From an uncultured Pelagibacteraceae bacterium (GTDB taxonomy: Bacteria; Pseudomonadota; Alphaproteobacteria; Pelagibacterales; Pelagibacteraceae), in the NCBI GenBank assembly GCA_902539445.1, contig CACBIY010000002.1, positions 104,005 through 168,004 of the forward strand: a DNA stretch of 64,000 nucleotides. Direction: 5' to 3'. The translations under genes and the position numbers were made by a program. The stretch's first letter is position 1; every line of letters starts with the position of its first letter. The notes below the pieces were generated by a model. It had not been told where the DNA came from and searched no databases. It saw nothing but the letters and a program-made list of their open reading frames with translations. Of the stretch, positions 10,210-22,327 are shown piece after piece.

Positions 10210-12008
10210 TGAATAACAAATCTGAGAGTTTTAAGGAAAAACTTAGACAGGCTCTGTCGTCTACAGTAAGAGTAATCTCAGACGATTTAGGAGTCAATCC
10301 AAAAAAAGATATTAAAAATTCTGAAAAACAAGATTCAATTGAACTAGAAAATTTAAATTCAAAAAATGATTTTATTAAGGCTAGAGCAGAAACGGACTCC
10401 AAAGCTCTTAAAAAGAAATTTTCTGATGAATCAATATTTAAAAAGAATTTACCCACCAGCTCGTCATGTAAATCACTTTATACAATTACAGAAAAAATAA
10501 GATACGAAAAATTGGGATCAAAAATGCTAAAAGGGGTAAAAAAAAATTTAGAGGATAATTATATTCAGATGATCGACCATAAAAGAAAAGATCAAATTAA
10601 ATCTAAAGATGATGTGCCTGTAGTTGAGGCTTTTGAATTATATATGCTGAAAAATTTCCACAATATCAAACTCAATTCTTTAACATCAAGAATGTTAAAC
10701 TTCTGGGAAAAAGATTTTGATAAATCAATTTTTGAACATATAGAATTTTTTAAACAAAATTTAGAAGATCAGAATATTTATAGTTCGAAGTTCTCCCAGA
10801 TACTGCAAGAAATGGACATTTTTCAATCAGATGAAAACGATGAAAAAAGGGATGAAACACCAGAGGATAATAAAGAAAATCAGTCAAGTGAAAATGATGA
10901 TAGTGAGGATGAAGACAAAAAAGATCCTGACAAGCAAGATGAAACGGAGGCCAGTCTAGACTCGGACTATAATATTGATGAATATAAATTAGATGAACAA
11001 CTTGTAGATACAGAGTCAGACGAACAAAACTCTGAGCAAGTTATCCAAAAGAAAAATTTAAAAGATCTAAATGTAGATTATAAAATTTTTTCAACACAGT
11101 TTGACGAAATTACGAAAGCCGAAAATCTTGAAAACGCAGATGAAGCAAATAAGCTTCGAAAAACTTTAGATCAACAATTAATTGGTTTTCAAGATGTTAT
11201 AACTAAACTTGCTAATAAACTTCAAAGACAATTATTGGCAAAACAGAATAGAGCTTGGGAGTTTGATTTAGAGGAAGGATTACTTGATAGCTCTAAGCTA
11301 CCAAGAATTATAATGGATCCATATAATTCATTGTCTTTCAAGAAAGAAAAAGATTTAGACTTTAAGGACACAGTGGTAACACTTTTAATTGACAACTCGG
11401 GGTCAATGAGAGGTAGACCAATTACAATTGCAGCTATTTGTGCTGACATTTTGTCTAGAACTTTGGAACGTTGCTCAGTGAAAGTAGAAATATTAGGGTT
11501 CACAACAAAAAATTGGAAAGGCGGGCAAAGTAGAGAGTTATGGAATAAAAATAATAAGCCAAAGACACCTGGAAGGTTGAATGATTTAAGACATATTATT
11601 TATAAAGGAGCTGATACTCATTGGAGGCAGGCAAAAGATAACCTCGGACTTATGTTAAAAGAGGGCTTATTGAAAGAAAATATAGATGGGGAGGCTATAA
11701 CATGGGCTTTCAATAGAATTAAAAAAAGAAAAGAGGAAAGAAAAATTTTAATGGTAATTTCAGATGGTGCACCGGTTGATGACTCAACCTTATCAGTAAA
11801 TTCAGGAGATTTTTTAGAAAAACATTTAAAAAAAATGGTTAAGTTTATTGAGGATAAATCTGAAATAGAAATTTTAGCTATAGGGATTGGTCATGATGTT
11901 TCTAGATATTATAAAAGAGCAATCAAGATCACTGATGTAAATGAACTTGGTGATGTAATGATTTCACAACTAAGCTCATTATTTGATAAAAAAGCTAAAT
12001 TACATTAA
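10209..12008 (+). CDS. cobT: CobT-like VWA-domain protein
   Basis: Acidic linker, [22 protein letters not shown] and ISDGAPVDD motifs; coupled to cobS. Confidence 0.9.
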   Translation: MNNKSESFKEKLRQALSSTVRVISDDLGVNPKKDIKNSEKQDSIELENLNSKNDFIKARAETDSKALKKKFSDESIFKKNLPTSSSCKSLYTITEKIRYEKLGSKMLKGVKKNLEDNYIQMIDHKRKDQIKSKDDVPVVEAFELYMLKNFHNIKLNSLTSRMLNFWEKDFDKSIFEHIEFFKQNLEDQNIYSSKFSQILQEMDIFQSDENDEKRDETPEDNKENQSSENDDSEDEDKKDPDKQDETEASLDSDYNIDEYKLDEQLVDTESDEQNSEQVIQKKNLKDLNVDYKIFSTQFDEITKAENLENADEANKLRKTLDQQLIGFQDVITKLANKLQRQLLAKQNRAWEFDLEEGLLDSSKLPRIIMDPYNSLSFKKEKDLDFKDTVVTLLIDNSGSMRGRPITIAAICADILSRTLERCSVKVEILGFTTKNWKGGQSRELWNKNNKPKTPGRLNDLRHIIYKGADTHWRQAKDNLGLMLKEGLLKENIDGEAITWAFNRIKKRKEERKILMVISDGAPVDDSTLSVNSGDFLEKHLKKMVKFIEDKSEIEILAIGIGHDVSRYYKRAIKITDVNELGDVMISQLSSLFDKKAKLH

Positions 12009-13285
12009 ATTTTTTTTAAATCTTGATTTTTCCATCTAATATTTACTTCTGCCCCAGATCTTGTTTTAGAATTTTGACAATTTAAAGAAGCAAAATTTTT
12101 TTCAAGTAAGTTTTTGCCTATAAATATTCCAAGACCTAAGCCCGATTGATTTTTATCTATATTCTTGAGTGATCTTAAATAAGGTTCACCTATTTTTGAC
12201 AATATCTCACCTGGATATCCTTTTCCATCATCTTCAATAGTAATTTCAGTATATTCATTATTACTTTTAAGGGTTATAAATATTTTTTCTTTAGCAAATT
12301 TATTTGCATTTCCAATAAAATTTCTCAAACCATATATAATCTCTATTGATTTTGGAATTTTTCTAGGGCTTGAATCTTGATCAAAATTTAAAATAAATTT
12401 TTTATTACTTGTTTCCTCAAATGAGTTTACAATTTGATTGATATATTTTTTAAAATTCAAGTCTTCATCTATAAAATCATCTTCTTCAATTGGATTTAAA
12501 GATAATCTTTTCAAAATTTGATTACATCTTTCAACTTGACTTGATAATAATTCTATATCCGAGGTCAATTCTTTACGTTCTTTTAATTGATGTTTTAACT
12601 CTTGTGAGATAATTTTAATCGTAGATAAAGGAGTTCCAAGAGAATGGGCTGCTGCTGCTGCTTGACCTCCCAAAGATAACATCTCATGTTCTTGAGCCAT
12701 TATTTCTTCCATTTTACTTAAAGCCTCTTTTCTTTTTCTGGACTCTGATCCAAAAACTATCGCAAAATAATTTAAAAAAATTAAGGCAATTATTAAAGCG
12801 ATTGGAATTGAAAAATAATAATAATTAGAAACATGAAAATGATTATTTAATGGTGCAGGTAAATCTTCTGAATAAAATGTTAGAAAAATAATCATTAATA
12901 ATGTTGTGATAACTAGAAATAAATTAGTTCTGATACCTAGATTTGAGGACGCAAATACACTGGGAATTAATAAAAAAATTACAAAAGGATTAGCGATTCC
13001 TCCTGTTAAATATATAAGTGAGCCTAATTGAAAAATATCTATCATTAGAAAAATTAATGCAGATCTATCTGAAAGTTGAGTTTTATTATAAATAAACACC
13101 AAGTAAAAATTACTCAAAACTCCTACAAAAATAATTAAATTTGATAAAATAAAATTAAAATTAAAATTGAAGAAAAAATAAACAATATAAACGGAAATTA
13201 ATTGACCTATTATACCAATCCATCTTAAGGAGATATAAGTAGATTTTTTTAAAGTATGAAATTTAGAAGTTTCAAAGAACTTCAT
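12005..13285 (-). CDS. regB: RegB/PrrB/ActS-type redox sensor histidine kinase
   Basis: Multiple TMs, quinone-binding GGIANPF, H-box [11 protein letters not shown], redox Cys in ERCNQIL, N/G boxes. Confidence 0.9.
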   Translation of the reverse strand: MKFFETSKFHTLKKSTYISLRWIGIIGQLISVYIVYFFFNFNFNFILSNLIIFVGVLSNFYLVFIYNKTQLSDRSALIFLMIDIFQLGSLIYLTGGIANPFVIFLLIPSVFASSNLGIRTNLFLVITTLLMIIFLTFYSEDLPAPLNNHFHVSNYYYFSIPIALIIALIFLNYFAIVFGSESRKRKEALSKMEEIMAQEHEMLSLGGQAAAAAHSLGTPLSTIKIISQELKHQLKERKELTSDIELLSSQVERCNQILKRLSLNPIEEDDFIDEDLNFKKYINQIVNSFEETSNKKFILNFDQDSSPRKIPKSIEIIYGLRNFIGNANKFAKEKIFITLKSNNEYTEITIEDDGKGYPGEILSKIGEPYLRSLKNIDKNQSGLGLGIFIGKNLLEKNFASLNCQNSKTRSGAEVNIRWKNQDLKKI

Positions 13286-13288
13286 GGG

Positions 13289-15403
<2,115 letters not shown>

Positions 15404-15523
15404 TCAATTATAATCACAAATTTCTTATATAAATGTAAAATAAGTGTGATATTTCAAGGGTTATTTTATGTTGTGTAAAATGAGATTCGAAAGAATGTTT
15501 TTCAGGTAATTATATTAAAAAAA

Positions 15524-16291
15524 TCACCAAGGTATCTCTTTGCCCAATGAATTAATAAATTTTCCGTTAAATGACTCAACATTTGATGATATCAAATCAA
15601 TTATTAAATTAGCACAAACTTCACTTTTTATTTGTCCGCCTGGATTCATTCCTGATTGAACATTGCCAGGATCTATAGCAAATACTATTGTCTTCAATCT
15701 AGCATTTAAGTCTATAGACATATTTTTCGTTATAGAATTCAAAGCTGTTTTTGAAGCTCTGTATATGTATGCGTTACCTTGATTATTTAGTTTAATGCTG
15801 CCAGCATCACTACTAATGTTAATTAAAACTTGAAGATTTTTAGTTGATGATTTGTCACCTAATATTATTTGCATAATTTTTAAAATAGAAAATGAATTAA
15901 CCATTAGTACTTCTTGAAATTTTCTAAAATCAAGTTTTTCTATTTGTTGGTCTTCAAAAGATCCTCCAAATACACCAGCACAATTAAATATCAAATTTAT
16001 TGAAGTTTCTTTTAGTTTTTCTTCAAGATCTTTACATTCATGTATATTTCTTTGGTCATACTTTACTATCGTTAAATTTTCATTCTTTATACATTCTAAA
16101 TTTTTAGAATTTTCTCGATAAGTAGCCAAAACTTTATTACCTAGAGCTAAAGTTTTTTTTGTTAAAGCAAGTCCAATTCCAGAATTAGCTCCAGTTATCA
16201 AAATATTTTTATTATTTATATTTGCTAAATAATCTTTTTTTGAAAATTTTCTAGTATAAAAAAATTTTTTTATTTTTTTTCTTAATCCCAT
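15524..16291 (-). CDS. Short-chain dehydrogenase/reductase (CsgA-like)
   Basis: ITGANSGIG, NCAG, NISS and YRASK motifs. Confidence 0.9.
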   Translation of the reverse strand: MGLRKKIKKFFYTRKFSKKDYLANINNKNILITGANSGIGLALTKKTLALGNKVLATYRENSKNLECIKNENLTIVKYDQRNIHECKDLEEKLKETSINLIFNCAGVFGGSFEDQQIEKLDFRKFQEVLMVNSFSILKIMQIILGDKSSTKNLQVLINISSDAGSIKLNNQGNAYIYRASKTALNSITKNMSIDLNARLKTIVFAIDPGNVQSGMNPGGQIKSEVCANLIIDLISSNVESFNGKFINSLGKEIPW

Positions 16292-16417
16292 TACCTATTT
16301 TTTAGCATCAAACTAGTCCACAAACTAGGCTAAGTAAAAAAATATTTAACCCTTAAAAACTTTTAAAATAGTGATTTTAATGAATAAAAAACATTCTAAA
16401 TTTTATAGTTGAATTGG

Positions 16418-16507
16418 TGGCGGAGAGAGTGGGATTCGAACCCACGGTACCTGTGAAGATACACACACTTTCCAAGCGTGCGCCTTAAACCACTCGGCCA
16501 TCTCTCC
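16418..16507 (-). tRNA. tRNA-Ser(GGA), CCA encoded
   Basis: GGAGAGA/TCTCTCC acceptor stem, CACGC-TT GGA AA-GTGTG anticodon arm, long variable arm, GTTCGAATC. Confidence 0.97.
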
Positions 16508-16514
16508 AAAAGAA

Positions 16515-17030
16515 TTATCTGAAAAATTCTAACTTTTTACCAACTTTATCCTTCTTAGATAAAATTGGTTTTTTTATTGGCCATTTAATTTTAACTTCTT
16601 GATCTCTCCAATCTAAAGTTGTTTCACTTTCTTTATGTCTATACTCAGAACATTTATAATGAACTATACATTTATCTGATAAACATAAAAAACCATGAGC
16701 AAAACCCTCTGGAATGTAAAAAGAATACTCAGACTTATCTGATATTATTAAAGAATAATATTTTCCAAACGTTTTTGAATTTTTTCTTAAATCTACTGCG
16801 ACATCCATAATTTTTCCAAAAACAACAGTAATGACTTTTGCCTGAGGTTTTTTAGTTTGTATATGTAAGCCTCGAATTACATTTTTTTTAGACGAAGACA
16901 TTACATCAAATTTAAAATGTTTTTTGATCAAATTATTTTTAAACACCTCTTTAAAAAAACCTCTATTATCAAAAAACATTTTTGTTTTAATTATCTTTAA
17001 ACCAGCGATATTAACATTTTTAATCTTCAT
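16515..17030 (-). CDS. rfbC: dTDP-4-dehydrorhamnose 3,5-epimerase
   Basis: DNRGFF, RGLH, VDLRKNSKTFG and GFAHGF motifs. Confidence 0.92.
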   Translation of the reverse strand: MKIKNVNIAGLKIIKTKMFFDNRGFFKEVFKNNLIKKHFKFDVMSSSKKNVIRGLHIQTKKPQAKVITVVFGKIMDVAVDLRKNSKTFGKYYSLIISDKSEYSFYIPEGFAHGFLCLSDKCIVHYKCSEYRHKESETTLDWRDQEVKIKWPIKKPILSKKDKVGKKLEFFR

Positions 17031-17035
17031 TTAAT

Positions 17036-17845
17036 TTATGAGTGAGTTTTTTTTTCAAAAAAAGTCCAATGCCATTCTAAATATTTTGTATTTTTTTTAA
17101 ACCAAAAAGACAAATACCGTTCTGCTAGATAGGCATATAAACGTTGTTGATCATAACCTTTTAAGTTTTTAAGACCAAACTCTTTTTCGCAACTGAAGAG
17201 CCATGAAAATAAACTTTTAAACCATTTATCAATTATTTTTTTTTTTGAAATAAACATTATATGTGGATTAAAACTACTATTTTCATTCACAAATTTTCTA
17301 AATAAAATTCTCTCACTTTTTTTAAGATGATTGATAGCCTTATCTAAAATTCCAAAACCATGGTGCATGTCAAAATGAAGTTTAATATTTTGTTTTTTCT
17401 TATCATAAATTATCGATGGATCTTTTAATAAATTTTTGTATCCTCTTTTCAAGAGTTTCATCTTTTTAGGATTATCAATTTTAATTGGTTTACATATAAT
17501 GCTTTCGTAATCTGACCATTTTTTTGGAGGTTTTTTAAGAATGAATTTTTGAAGTTGCTTAAAATTGGTTATTTTTTTTTTTGATTGAAGCCAAAATCTC
17601 CTTTTTTGGCAAAAACCAACCCACAAATTTTTATCTAGTTTTTTTAATTCATTTTTCCAAAACCAATAATGAAATGTTAATTCTGAATAATTTCTCTCTT
17701 TAGATTGTATGTTTTTGCCTGATAAACTTGAAATATATCTTTTTTTAAACTTTTTATTTCCTACACCGGCCAAGTTTAAATTTAATTGTTCTAAGTATTT
17801 TAATTCAATATTTGTAACACAATAAATTTTCATTTTGACCATCAA
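17036..17845 (-). CDS. DUF4422-like putative glycosyltransferase
   Basis: YSELTFHYWFWKN, GFCQKRRF and RLYAYLAERYLSFW pattern. Confidence 0.7.
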   Translation of the reverse strand: MMVKMKIYCVTNIELKYLEQLNLNLAGVGNKKFKKRYISSLSGKNIQSKERNYSELTFHYWFWKNELKKLDKNLWVGFCQKRRFWLQSKKKITNFKQLQKFILKKPPKKWSDYESIICKPIKIDNPKKMKLLKRGYKNLLKDPSIIYDKKKQNIKLHFDMHHGFGILDKAINHLKKSERILFRKFVNENSSFNPHIMFISKKKIIDKWFKSLFSWLFSCEKEFGLKNLKGYDQQRLYAYLAERYLSFWFKKNTKYLEWHWTFFEKKTHS

Positions 17846-17848
17846 TTT

Positions 17849-18568
17849 CTAAAATTTTACTTTTACTATTTTCTGAAGTTTTTTTATATTTATTGTGGAG
17901 TCAAACGGTACTTTTATCTTCATCTTTTTATTTTGATAAATTTTTTTTACTTTTTTATTTTCTTTTTTTGCAAAATTATAAATATATTGTGCCCTTCCAC
18001 CAATATTTATTATCCCCTGTTTGTTTAAAAGCTTAAAAAGAATTTTTGCAACTTCATCATGATACATGAAGCTAGTCTTTACATTTGCAAAAGCTTTTTT
18101 GTGTATGAACGGTTTCTCTGTCATACAAACCCTTAAAATCAAAGAATTTTTATATAATTTAACTGAACACTCGCCACCTAATTTTGACCAAGCATAATTA
18201 TTAAAAGGTTTTAAAGGATCATCTTCATTATAGTTTCCATTTGTTCCGGGGTATACATAATTAGTTGAAAAATAAATTAATTTAATATTTTTATGGGAAC
18301 AAGCCATTGTGACGTTGGCAGTCCCTATTATATTGAGATTAATACTTTTATTGATGTCTTTTTCGTGTAACTCCATCGGTCTTGAAAATCCAGCTAAATG
18401 AATAACAATGTCAGGTTTTGTTTTTTGTAAATATTTTAACATGGAATTAAAATTTAAAATATTGAATTGATTTTTATTTGGGAAAAAAAGTTTATGTTTA
18501 GTGAAAATACTTTTTAAGTGATTTCCAAATCTCCCTGTGCCACCTGTTACTACAATTTTTTTTCTCAT
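17849..18568 (-). CDS. RmlD-like NAD(P)-dependent sugar reductase/epimerase
   Basis: VTGGTGRFG, HLAG, STNYVYPG and YAWSK motifs. Confidence 0.85.
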   Translation of the reverse strand: MRKKIVVTGGTGRFGNHLKSIFTKHKLFFPNKNQFNILNFNSMLKYLQKTKPDIVIHLAGFSRPMELHEKDINKSINLNIIGTANVTMACSHKNIKLIYFSTNYVYPGTNGNYNEDDPLKPFNNYAWSKLGGECSVKLYKNSLILRVCMTEKPFIHKKAFANVKTSFMYHDEVAKILFKLLNKQGIINIGGRAQYIYNFAKKENKKVKKIYQNKKMKIKVPFDSTINIKKLQKIVKVKF

Positions 18569-18579
18569 AAAAATAAGTT

Positions 18580-19434
18580 CTATTTTTTTCTTAAAATTGC
18601 TATTTCGTTAAAATTACCTTTATATATTTCTATACTGTCAATATTATATAAAAAATTATCTCTATCATTTTTTTTGATATAACTTGAATTTAATAATGTT
18701 TTTTCTTTTTTAAATTTAAACAAGATTTCTCTAAGAGTTGGTTTTTCATTCTTAAGGTTCATATCTTTTCTGGTATCAGGAAAATCAAGTTCCTCTACAA
18801 TAAACAGACCTCCACTATTCAATTTTTTAAAAAGCATGAATAAGCTGATAATTTGATCTTTCAAGGAATGTCCTGCGTCCTCGATTATAATATCAAAATT
18901 ATCAGAAAATTTATCAATTATATTTTTTTGTATGGAATCTTCATTGGACGAATTTACATAAAAATTTTTAATTCTATTTGATCTATATCTAAATAAATCA
19001 GGATAAATATCTGCTGCAAAAAATTTTGAATTTTTGAAATAAAAAAATAATGCAGCTGAAGCATTGCCATGAAATGATCCTATTTCTAATATATTAAGAT
19101 TTTTAGATTTCAAATTTTCGAAATATTTTTGATAAAAATTGCTGTAACCATGTCCTTTTATCTTTAGCGTAGTCCTCTTGGATGGATGAGCATATTGGTT
19201 CTCAAATTGATTGCCTTTATCACTATTAAAAAAATCAAATAATTTTCCTAAATCTGAAGTTTCACTTAAACCAAATCTATCTACAAATTTATCTAAATTA
19301 ATAATTTTCGGCAGATGAATTAAATTGATAAAATATTTTATTGGAATAACAATTAATATATATAATTTTAAAATATAATTTGCTTTTTTAAATCTGTGCT
19401 CATAGTAAATTTTATAAAATGTTCGTAATTTCAT
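18580..19434 (-). CDS. Putative class I SAM-dependent methyltransferase
   Basis: ILEIGSFHG and FDIIIEDAGH motifs. Confidence 0.7.
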   Translation of the reverse strand: MKLRTFYKIYYEHRFKKANYILKLYILIVIPIKYFINLIHLPKIINLDKFVDRFGLSETSDLGKLFDFFNSDKGNQFENQYAHPSKRTTLKIKGHGYSNFYQKYFENLKSKNLNILEIGSFHGNASAALFFYFKNSKFFAADIYPDLFRYRSNRIKNFYVNSSNEDSIQKNIIDKFSDNFDIIIEDAGHSLKDQIISLFMLFKKLNSGGLFIVEELDFPDTRKDMNLKNEKPTLREILFKFKKEKTLLNSSYIKKNDRDNFLYNIDSIEIYKGNFNEIAILRKK

Positions 19435-19498
19435 ATTATTTGATTTATATTCTAAAAGTTTAGCAAAGTAATTATTTAAATAATTTTAATGCTAATAA

Positions 19499-20596
19499 AT
19501 GAAAAAGATTAAAAAAAAACTTAGTTTTTTATACAAAAGTTTAATTAGGTCATTTTTCATAATTCTATATGGAAAAATAATTTTTTGTAAGAATCCTGAA
19601 AATGAAAAAGATATTTCAATTGAGGAAGTAAAAGATGAAAATCTTAAAGATCCAAATAATAATAAATATTTAATATATAAAATCAAAAACGGGAGAATAT
19701 TTAATGATTTTGTAGAGAATGTTGCAATTATATCTGGAAATAAAATAATTGATAAAGTTTCTTATCAACAAGTTAAAGGTGAATTCAAAGATGCAAATTA
19801 TAACTCGGTTCTTTACAAAGGAACACCATATTTAAAGACAAAATTTAAAAGAAGAGTTTTATCATTAACTCAAGGAGCTAGTGGTCATAGAAATTATTTT
19901 CATTGGCTTTATGATATTTTGCCTAAAATAAATATTTGTTCTAAAAATTATAATTTAAAAGAAATAGATTATCTATATATATCAAAACTTCAAACATACC
20001 AAAGATCGACACTAGAAATTTTAGGTTACGATAATCTAAAAATAATTGACTCTAATAAAAAAAGACACATACAAGCGGATGAAATAATCTGCACAGAGCA
20101 TCCTTGGTATAAAAAAGGTTTTATACTGGAAGAGGCTAAAAAATTACCTGAATGGATCGTGAGATGGATAAATGAGACATTTATAAATCATGGAAAAAAA
20201 TTTAATTGTAATGAAAAAATATTCATTGATAGAAGTGAGTCAATTTTTTCACATTGTCAGTTTGTAAACAATCAAGAAATTATAAATTTCTTAAAAAATG
20301 AAGGCTTTACAAGTTATAAAGTTGGACAGCTATCTTTTCAGGAACAGATATATCTCTTTAATAATGCAAAAATAATTATAGGGGCTCATGGGGCAGCATT
20401 TGCAAATTTAGCATTTTGCAAAAAAGATACCAAGATAATTGAAATAAAGCCAAAAAAACACCCAAACTTTGTTGATCAGCATATTTCTAAGATAAAAGAG
20501 TTAGATTTTAATTTAATAGAAACTGATGAACTTAAAAATAAAGATAGAAATGGTGATATTTTTTTAGATACAATAAATTTAAAAAAATTTTTGTAA
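19499..20596 (+). CDS. Glycosyltransferase family 61 (DUF563) protein
   Basis: NYFHWLYD, IDRS, QEQIYLF and IIGAHGAAFAN motifs. Confidence 0.85.
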   Translation: MKKIKKKLSFLYKSLIRSFFIILYGKIIFCKNPENEKDISIEEVKDENLKDPNNNKYLIYKIKNGRIFNDFVENVAIISGNKIIDKVSYQQVKGEFKDANYNSVLYKGTPYLKTKFKRRVLSLTQGASGHRNYFHWLYDILPKINICSKNYNLKEIDYLYISKLQTYQRSTLEILGYDNLKIIDSNKKRHIQADEIICTEHPWYKKGFILEEAKKLPEWIVRWINETFINHGKKFNCNEKIFIDRSESIFSHCQFVNNQEIINFLKNEGFTSYKVGQLSFQEQIYLFNNAKIIIGAHGAAFANLAFCKKDTKIIEIKPKKHPNFVDQHISKIKELDFNLIETDELKNKDRNGDIFLDTINLKKFL

Positions 20597-20659
20597 ATTT
20601 TCATGTTTACAAAAATTTTTTGATAATTCTAATTATCAAATTTAGTGGTATAAAAATTA

Positions 20660-21538
20660 ATGGATCAATATAATTTTAAAGATACAATTACAATTATAAT
20701 TGTTTTGTATCGCGAAAATTATAAAATCTTATTTAAAACTTTGGACAAAATTAGAGACTTTAAAAAAATAATAATTGATAACTCAAATAACTTAGAATTA
20801 AAAAATAAAGTAGAGGCAAATTTTAAGATTGAAAAATATATATTAAACAAAAAAAATATTGGATTTTCTGCAGGATATAATCAAGGTGTGAAACTATGTG
20901 AAACTGATTTTTTATTAATTTTAAATCCAGACTGTATTATTGATAATAAAAGCATAATAAAATTATACGAAAAACTTAATCAAAATAGGGATTGTTATTT
21001 AACCACATCGACATCTTATAATGAAAATAATCAATTAACTTATGCTGGGGGCTTATTACCCGAAAATGGAGAAAAGGATTATCCAATCAAACTTGAGGGT
21101 GATATTTGTGTTGAAAACACTCTAGGTGCATGCATGTTTTTTAAAAAAGAAGATTTTATTAAGATAGGTTTATTTGATGAAATTTTTTTCCTTTTTTTTT
21201 CTGACGATGATTTATGTAGAAAAATTAAAAAAAAAAATAAGTATATTATTCAAGTATTTGACTCAAAATGTTTTCATTCACATGGTATCAGCAAAGTAAA
21301 AAATATTTTCGAAAAAATCTATTTGAGAGAACATTATTATCTACTAGATAAATTTCATTATTTTCATAAATCAGATAATCATAAGGATATGATGAAAAAC
21401 ATTATTGATAAAAAAAATAATTATTTGATAAAAATATTTTTTTCTTTAATCACTATGAGGTTCAAAAAGGTTGTATATTATTTTGCTCGATACACCGCTA
21501 TTTTAAAATTCAATAATTTTCTTAAAAAACTAAGCTAA
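20660..21538 (+). CDS. Glycosyltransferase family 2
   Basis: IIDNSN, NIGFSAGYNQG, LNPD, GACMF and GLFDE motifs. Confidence 0.88.
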   Translation: MDQYNFKDTITIIIVLYRENYKILFKTLDKIRDFKKIIIDNSNNLELKNKVEANFKIEKYILNKKNIGFSAGYNQGVKLCETDFLLILNPDCIIDNKSIIKLYEKLNQNRDCYLTTSTSYNENNQLTYAGGLLPENGEKDYPIKLEGDICVENTLGACMFFKKEDFIKIGLFDEIFFLFFSDDDLCRKIKKKNKYIIQVFDSKCFHSHGISKVKNIFEKIYLREHYYLLDKFHYFHKSDNHKDMMKNIIDKKNNYLIKIFFSLITMRFKKVVYYFARYTAILKFNNFLKKLS

Positions 21539-22327
21539 AAAATCAGAAAATTTTTCTCTATTTTCTAATATATAATTGGGTAATTCCTCATCTTTTATAA
21601 CTTTAAACTTAAAATCTCTTCCAAATAAATCTTTATGAGAATTTATTTTTTTAATAATTTGATTAATATCTGTAAATTTAGTTTTATTAAACTCTGAATG
21701 AGCAAATGATTTTATTTTTTTACTAACTTCCTCGGGAGGCATTACAAAAGAAAAGTGCCAGCCACCTTTATCTACAATGTTCCATTTAATTTTATCCAAT
21801 CTATAAAAAGGATAGTTTTTTACTTTTTGTTTCCTTAACCATTGAGGGTTCTTTAAATATTTAAATTTACACATTTTCGACCCATACCAATTTGGCTCTG
21901 AAGCATTAAGTAAATTGAATTTATAGTAAATCATCTTTTGTTTAAAAGCGGTATATTTTCTTTTATCTATAAGCACTTGGTTAATTTCTTCCAAATTTGG
22001 TATTTCATCAATGTCTGAAATAATTATGTAATCTTCTTGATTTGTATTTTCTAAAGCTTTTAAAATATAATTTCGATGATAGTTCTCTCTTTCCCAATGA
22101 TTAAAACCATTTGGAAAATCCTCTAATTTTAAATAAATGATTTTTTCTTTAAACTTTTTAAAGTTCTCTATATTGAAATTATAATTTTCTTTTATTTCTC
22201 CGCTGTGATTATATCTTGCCTCAATGATCACAAACTTATCAATATGTTTATCTAATAAATTTAATCTTAATTCTAATATTAGATCCTCATTATTATAAAG
22301 AAAACAATCTATGATATTCATTTTCAA
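21530..22327 (-). CDS. Glycosyltransferase family 17-like (GnT-III-like)
   Basis: [30 protein letters not shown] and KIKSFAH motifs. Confidence 0.82.
   Translation of the reverse strand: MKMNIIDCFLYNNEDLILELRLNLLDKHIDKFVIIEARYNHSGEIKENYNFNIENFKKFKEKIIYLKLEDFPNGFNHWERENYHRNYILKALENTNQEDYIIISDIDEIPNLEEINQVLIDKRKYTAFKQKMIYYKFNLLNASEPNWYGSKMCKFKYLKNPQWLRKQKVKNYPFYRLDKIKWNIVDKGGWHFSFVMPPEEVSKKIKSFAHSEFNKTKFTDINQIIKKINSHKDLFGRDFKFKVIKDEELPNYILENREKFSDFLA

Noticed and set aside
15524-16507. Integrative element at the tRNA-Ser 3' end
   Set aside because: No integrase and no duplicated tRNA 3' end (att) seen. The same holds for tRNA-Arg and tRNA-Leu
21181-21240. Phase-variable homopolymers (T7, T9, A11) in the GT2 gene, and T11 in the DUF4422-like gene
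   Set aside because: Runs of 10-11 A/T also occur in core genes (bolA, def, coq7, carD), so they reflect base composition
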